Below, piece after piece: positions 58,615 to 64,000 of a stretch of 64,000 bases of DNA (its first letter is position 1; each line of letters begins with the position of its first letter). The position numbers and the translations under genes are program-made. The notes beneath the pieces were generated by a model that had not been told where the DNA came from, did not search any database, and saw only the letters and a program-made list of their open reading frames with translations. Location: positions 15,128,001 to 15,192,000 of the forward strand of contig NC_088857.1 of the NCBI RefSeq assembly GCF_963853765.1. Reading direction: 5' to 3'. The DNA is from Magallana gigas. Its lineage: Eukaryota.

Positions 58615-59635
58615 GAGACACGGCGTAAAAAAAGATTTATAGACGGGTGGGGAAAAAGTCACACTGGCACCGTCATAATAATCCGGCAGTATTAAATATT
58701 TTAACGAAGCAGATTAAATATATCTAATCAAAAAAGAAGGAAAAAATCAATCGCAAAATCTGTTGAACATAGCGGCTATATGCCTGTCCACTTCTCAAAA
58801 GAGAATCTATGATACCCAAATCCAAACCTGATATCTGTTAAATATGACCTGCTTAATTCTAGTCTTCCATTAACTTCAACTTTCAATATAAAACAAATAC
58901 TTATTTATAATAATATGAATTTTGCTTCTTTGGCGTTTTGAGGAACTAAATTCGGTGCGAAACGATAGGGAGACGAAAACTCATGGACCGTGAATTTTTA
59001 ATTTGGAATGCCTCGGCAGTTTACCAATGAAGGAGATTAGATTTGGATCAACATGAAAGTGAAATTCTTCAAATAGTTATCAGTAATTTTAGTGTCGCAT
59101 GAATTATTGATTGGTGTATATCGACTATGTAAGAATCCGTGGGAAGGATTGGTATCTGTTGAACTTATTTACTGGGATATATTTTATCCGCAACCGTGAT
59201 GAAAACAAAAAATTGACAGGTAAGATCCTTAGATTGTTTCGATGTTTGCATTCTCCATTTTGTTTACAGATCAGGGTAGTGAATTCACTGAATCATGTGG
59301 ATTAGTAATCAGCTATATTCATGATATTTTTCATTAAAAGAAATTATGTTGATTTTTTTATTTACTTTCTATGAAGATGTTCATAGTTTTTATCTCAATG
59401 CAGCTGTTTACATAATGATCTCCGTAGCTTTAACAGTTAAATCCTTAAAAACCAAGCATTGAAATATTCTCTTGTACTTGTATATCGAACTATTTGAAAT
59501 ATCCGTAATGAAATTATATTAGCTAAATTAAAGTATAATATGGAGCTAAATTGAGAGATTGGGTCCAAACTGTCCTTTATAGAATTCTTTTCAAACAGTG
59601 TTAAAAAATTAATCTGTAAGTTTCATGATTTCAGA

Positions 59636-59906
59636 ATGGCCATGTATAAGGGACACCCAGGTATGGGTGGGCACGGTAAGCCTGTCCCAGCACCCCGCCA
59701 AGCTTCCTCTCCGATGTCCCCAACAATGTACGCTGAGATGAACCGACCCCTTCCCTCACAAATCATGGCAGCTGCTGCAGCTGGGATGTCTGTGTCTCAG
59801 CAGCCTGGAGCTTCAATGTCAGACGCCAAAGCCAAGACTGTTCTCAAGGAAGCAGTGGATGCTGTGGTCAATAGCTTTGCTAAGCATTCTCATGGATACG
59901 GACGGG
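59636..59906 (+). CDS. LIX1L: LIX1-like / lowfat protein, first coding exon (gene continues beyond the window)
   Basis: Acceptor tttcag at 59634, ATG at 59636. TVLKEAVDAVVNSFAKHSHGYGR matches the LIX1L motif [23 protein letters not shown] as I recall it. Phase-1 donor G|gtaatt. The next expected exon (VNVVEALQEFW) was not found before 64000. Confidence 0.88.
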
Positions 59907-62900
59907 GTAATTACTTTATATACATGTAGTAAATAAGAATTTCTTCGTCATGCAGTTTTTCGTCAGCCATGTATGGTTTCATTGTTCAATCCTGACAAAC
60001 CATGCCAAAGGCAAAAGGTTTTTTAAAGCATTGCCTTTAATATTCCTGGAAACCATCACTTGGTACTTGGTAGCTGGGCTTTAATCAACTTTTTCATTAA
60101 CAAATGGAAAACCTTGTTAGTAAGATTTACCATAAAACATGAGTAATGAATATGATTCCCCGTAGGTGATAAATTTCATAATAGTGCATTTTTTTTTTAT
60201 GAGGCTGCGAGAAATGAGAAATGCGATCACACGTCTGCTTGATTTTTTATGCATTAACTGTAGAAAATCAAATAAAATGATCTCTGGAGGCTATTTGTGA
60301 TTAATGTTGCTGAGATTCAGATAGAAATGTTGATATTTCAATGCATGTTATGAACCATCCCAATTTCCTATTCATAAACACCTACAATGTCATTTATATT
60401 GTAAAAAGCCTCTATCTCTCTTTCAATATCATTGATAATGATAGGCTTCACTATACATGTATGATTGAAAATGTGCCAAAGCCATCATTATAAAGTCAAG
60501 TACATGTTATGTGTATTTCAGCACCTGTTACAGTAAGGCACTTAGCTTGATCTATCACCTTGTTGATAATGCTAAAGCACAACACACACAAATTCATACC
60601 TGTAAATTTTATATCAATTGAAAGACAATTCTTTTCAATCCACACAGGAATGGAACTTATCATTAAAATAGGTGTGTTGTATTGTTCAGGGGGCAAGCTT
60701 CAATAGATAGCTTCTTTGTATTCATCAAAATTTCATATCTGATTATCATTTTTGATGAATTGGGGACCAGGTAGATACAGGTAAAATTGCACCTGATTCA
60801 TAGAACAGGTGAAGAGAAAATGTACTCCATTTACCTCTAGGTAGTGGGGCCTGGTTTGGTAAGACGGGGAAAAAAAATCAAGGTTTCTCTTATCTTATGT
60901 AACCAAACAGTACAGACTTTGATACAATAATGGTGTCTTTTGTGCCAGGTATATAAATACCTGAGTTGATTAAATGCATGCACTGATGACATATAATACT
61001 TGCATTTACCAACTCGTCCATTTAATCTAATACATGTAGCTTTTTTTTTTTCACTGATTTTTATTGAAAAGAAAAGATATATGGTCCTTTTACTCAAAAT
61101 TATCCCAACAGGCTTGTTGGCAACAGCAAAAAGATATTTTCCATACTACCGGTATATATGCATTCTTTTAATGGCATACACTGGTTTTAGTTCAATAGCA
61201 ATTTTTGCTGATTTTTTTAAAAAAGAAATTTGGTCTAGCCTATAGATATTATCTTTAATTTGTGCAATTTTGATCACAGGTATACCACTTACTGGTACAT
61301 CAATACTAGATTATTCTGTGCATTTTTTATTGCTGGTACTAATTACAATCATGGTAATAGCTAAACCAGATAAAACAGACATGTTTATTGATACAATTTA
61401 TTCCTTTAACCCCCCCCCCAAAAAAAAAAAAAAAAAAAAAATTCTAATAGATTTGTGAATATGAATTCCAACAAATACTTAGACTGCTGCCCGACATGGA
61501 GACTAAACAAATAATTCAAGCTTCCAAGATTGATTAACTTGAATCTACATGTACTAGCTTGATTTGAATTTGAAATGAGTTTAATAGGCAATGGGATTAC
61601 AGGCTCGAATATGCACATTGGTATTTTTATAATGTAAGTTGGGAGATCCTGAACTGTATGTTTAGTCTGGTCAACTGCAGACATGATTTCAATGGAGTTT
61701 ATATTACTGAAAGCTATCTTAACATGTAAATGTAACATGTGGATGTTCGGGTATACATGCATATGTAAATGTATAGTTTTGTTGTATTCTACTTAATAGG
61801 GACTCTATGTCTCATGTACATGGAGACATTTCCCCCCTATCATGTTTTATCGTCACATTTGAAGTAATAAATGTCTCGTTTACTGCCCATTTATTAGAGG
61901 GAAAGTGATAAGAATAAGAGGGCAAATATCCTTAATATGCGTGAAGGCATTTGACTTAATTTTGTTTTCTTTTCAATGTAAAAAAGTTAGAGACTGATTT
62001 GGCAGGGTTCCTAGAACCTGAAACAACAAATTGTTATAAAGAATCAATTTTCATCTTCAGAACCTGAAATTTAAACAATTTCAACTTCAAACAAAGGGAT
62101 CAATACAACCTTTTTTTGTTTGAGAGGACATCAAATACTCATAAATGGGTGATTATATAAAAAAAGAAGAAATTCTCGCAACAAGCGCTCTCTTTAAATG
62201 TTAAGAGACCCTTCTCACAGGTAGCTTGGTGTTACAAATAAAGATAAACATGGTGAATTAAAGTCCAATCAGGCTTGAAAGCCGCGGATTAAGGACACAT
62301 AAATGACCAGTTGATTTTGTTTACCCCCATGTCACAATGCAAGACAAAGGCAGGGACAAGAAGAAAAGGCCGTTTCCTGATAATCCAGGGCCTCATGTAT
62401 TTATAATCCCCCCTCCTTGTTGACACACATTTGTGACTGGTTGAAGGGGGGTGTTTGCAGAAGCCCTGATTCATGGGAGTTTCAATTTTGGGAGGGTTTG
62501 AGGGTTTTATAACTTTTCACTCAATATTGATATTGATACAGAAGACATCAAATAATGAAGGTTGGTGTTAGTGGATTAGAGGGTCAAGAGTGTGAATTAT
62601 CTGGGTCACTTAATCTGCAGAAGTGAATTTAAGAAAGCAATGGCTTTTCATCTACAATATTAAACATTCAATCACTCTCCTTAAATCACTAGTAAATTAC
62701 CTGTTTACATTCAGTTATACTTAAATGTAGCAGCATAAAATAAAGGTCAGATGGCAAATCATGTTTTATGTGCTTGAACAATAATCTTCATTTGTCTGCA
62801 GACACCCTCCTCCCCCCCCCCCCCCCCCCCTTTAAATAAAAAGTTATCAAAACCTTTGCACCTTTTTCTCTGTCTCTCTCTCATTGAGTTACTTTAAATT

Positions 62901-64000
62901 AAAAATAAGATAGGGTTAAATTATAGGTACGATGAAGTCAATTCCACAAATTTTTCTAACATGGGCATTGGCCACAATTATTTTTTCTCTCAAACTAATG
63001 GATATAGAGTTTGCAAAATTTTCAAGAAAGACTGAACAGAATACCTGGTGATAAATAATTTCAAAAACTCTAGAAAAAGAATCATTGTACTTTAATTAGT
63101 ATTTGAATAAATGACAGAAATCATAAATTTCATTACAATCGTACAAATAAAAATGAATTTTTCCAATGTTCCTGTTTTGTTGTGCTATTTTTCCCAATTG
63201 AAAGGGCCCCAGCCTCAAGTCCTAAATTGGTGAAAAAAAACCCACTGGGGTATCATGAATGAATCAGAATGATGGCCTTACATATGCTATTCACTTGGGG
63301 CAATTCAAGTGATTTTTCAATAGATTGTATCTACAGATATCAGCTGGATCACTGTATTTAGTCATTTGCTTCCTACTCTTTAAAATTGACCTAAAATAAA
63401 ACATTTGTTTATCTGCAATATCTTTTAATCAATAGTTAGGCAAACACATGTATAGTAATGAGATGAAATGTAGATAAACAGATGTGGTCACAAGATTATT
63501 CCACTGTCCATATATTAAAGGTCGTAAAACAAAATTTTCAGTCCGTTGGACGACATCCTGCATTAGGACTCAACTAGATGTCCATTAGATTGATGCCATT
63601 CAGGATTTATTTGTCATCTTTACCCAATATTTCATTTCATAAATGAACTGTTATCATGTTATTAAAGCTATCCTTTAGGGGGAAACCACTATCAATTGCC
63701 AGTTCATTCAATACAGCAGTCGGTTATCACAGAATCACTGGGGATTTCGCCTGCCTTTAAACTCTGTTATCCTTGGGTGCATCTTTTCAAGGTGATTTCT
63801 AAAGACATTTGTCAAGGAATGCAGGAAATTCTCCCGCATATATAAGTTTCTAGTGCAGGTTTTTAAAGCAGCCATTATGACGGAGATTAGTCCGCATGAC
63901 TTAACTTGGGTGATCTAATTGTCAAACCAGACATGATGTCATTGAGAAATAAATGTATTGAAAGATGGGCAAAGAAATTTTCACAAGAGAATGTTTTACA

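Noticed and set aside
59907-64000. Further LIX1L exons or conserved non-coding elements (e.g. ~60160-60320, ~63640-63950)
   Set aside because: No VNVVEALQEFW-type exon was found, and non-coding conservation cannot be judged without alignments.

Overview
AT-rich eukaryotic (animal) genomic DNA with spliceosomal introns, many poly-G/C runs, (GA)n microsatellites and frequent TACATGTA. It is most consistent with a bivalve such as an oyster, which is an inference. I reconstructed the genes by hand. In order: an ankyrin-repeat protein with an internal SOCS box (+, single coding exon), an orphan 790-aa multi-pass membrane protein (+, single exon), a 5-exon RERG/RERGL-like small GTPase (-), a 13-exon ALG8 containing a U12-type AT-AC intron (+), two tandem intronless C1QBP/p32 (MAM33) paralogues (+), an 8-exon farnesyl pyrophosphate synthase (-), an 8-exon DEG/ENaC (ASIC-like) channel (-), and the first coding exon of LIX1L/lowfat (+). 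Non-coding DNA is rich in non-autonomous transposons: TTAA-flanked Kolobok-like, TA-flanked Tc1/mariner-like, Helitron/HINE-like and one with an 8-bp TSD. There is a multi-layer nested stack of four elements, a MITE inserted inside a splice donor, and two decayed LINE fragments. I found no rRNA, tRNA or CRISPR features. No wholly new multi-gene system is demonstrable from sequence alone. The best leads are the orphan membrane protein, the ANK-SOCS-ANK architecture, the duplicated intronless gC1qR genes, the minor intron and the splice-donor insertion.
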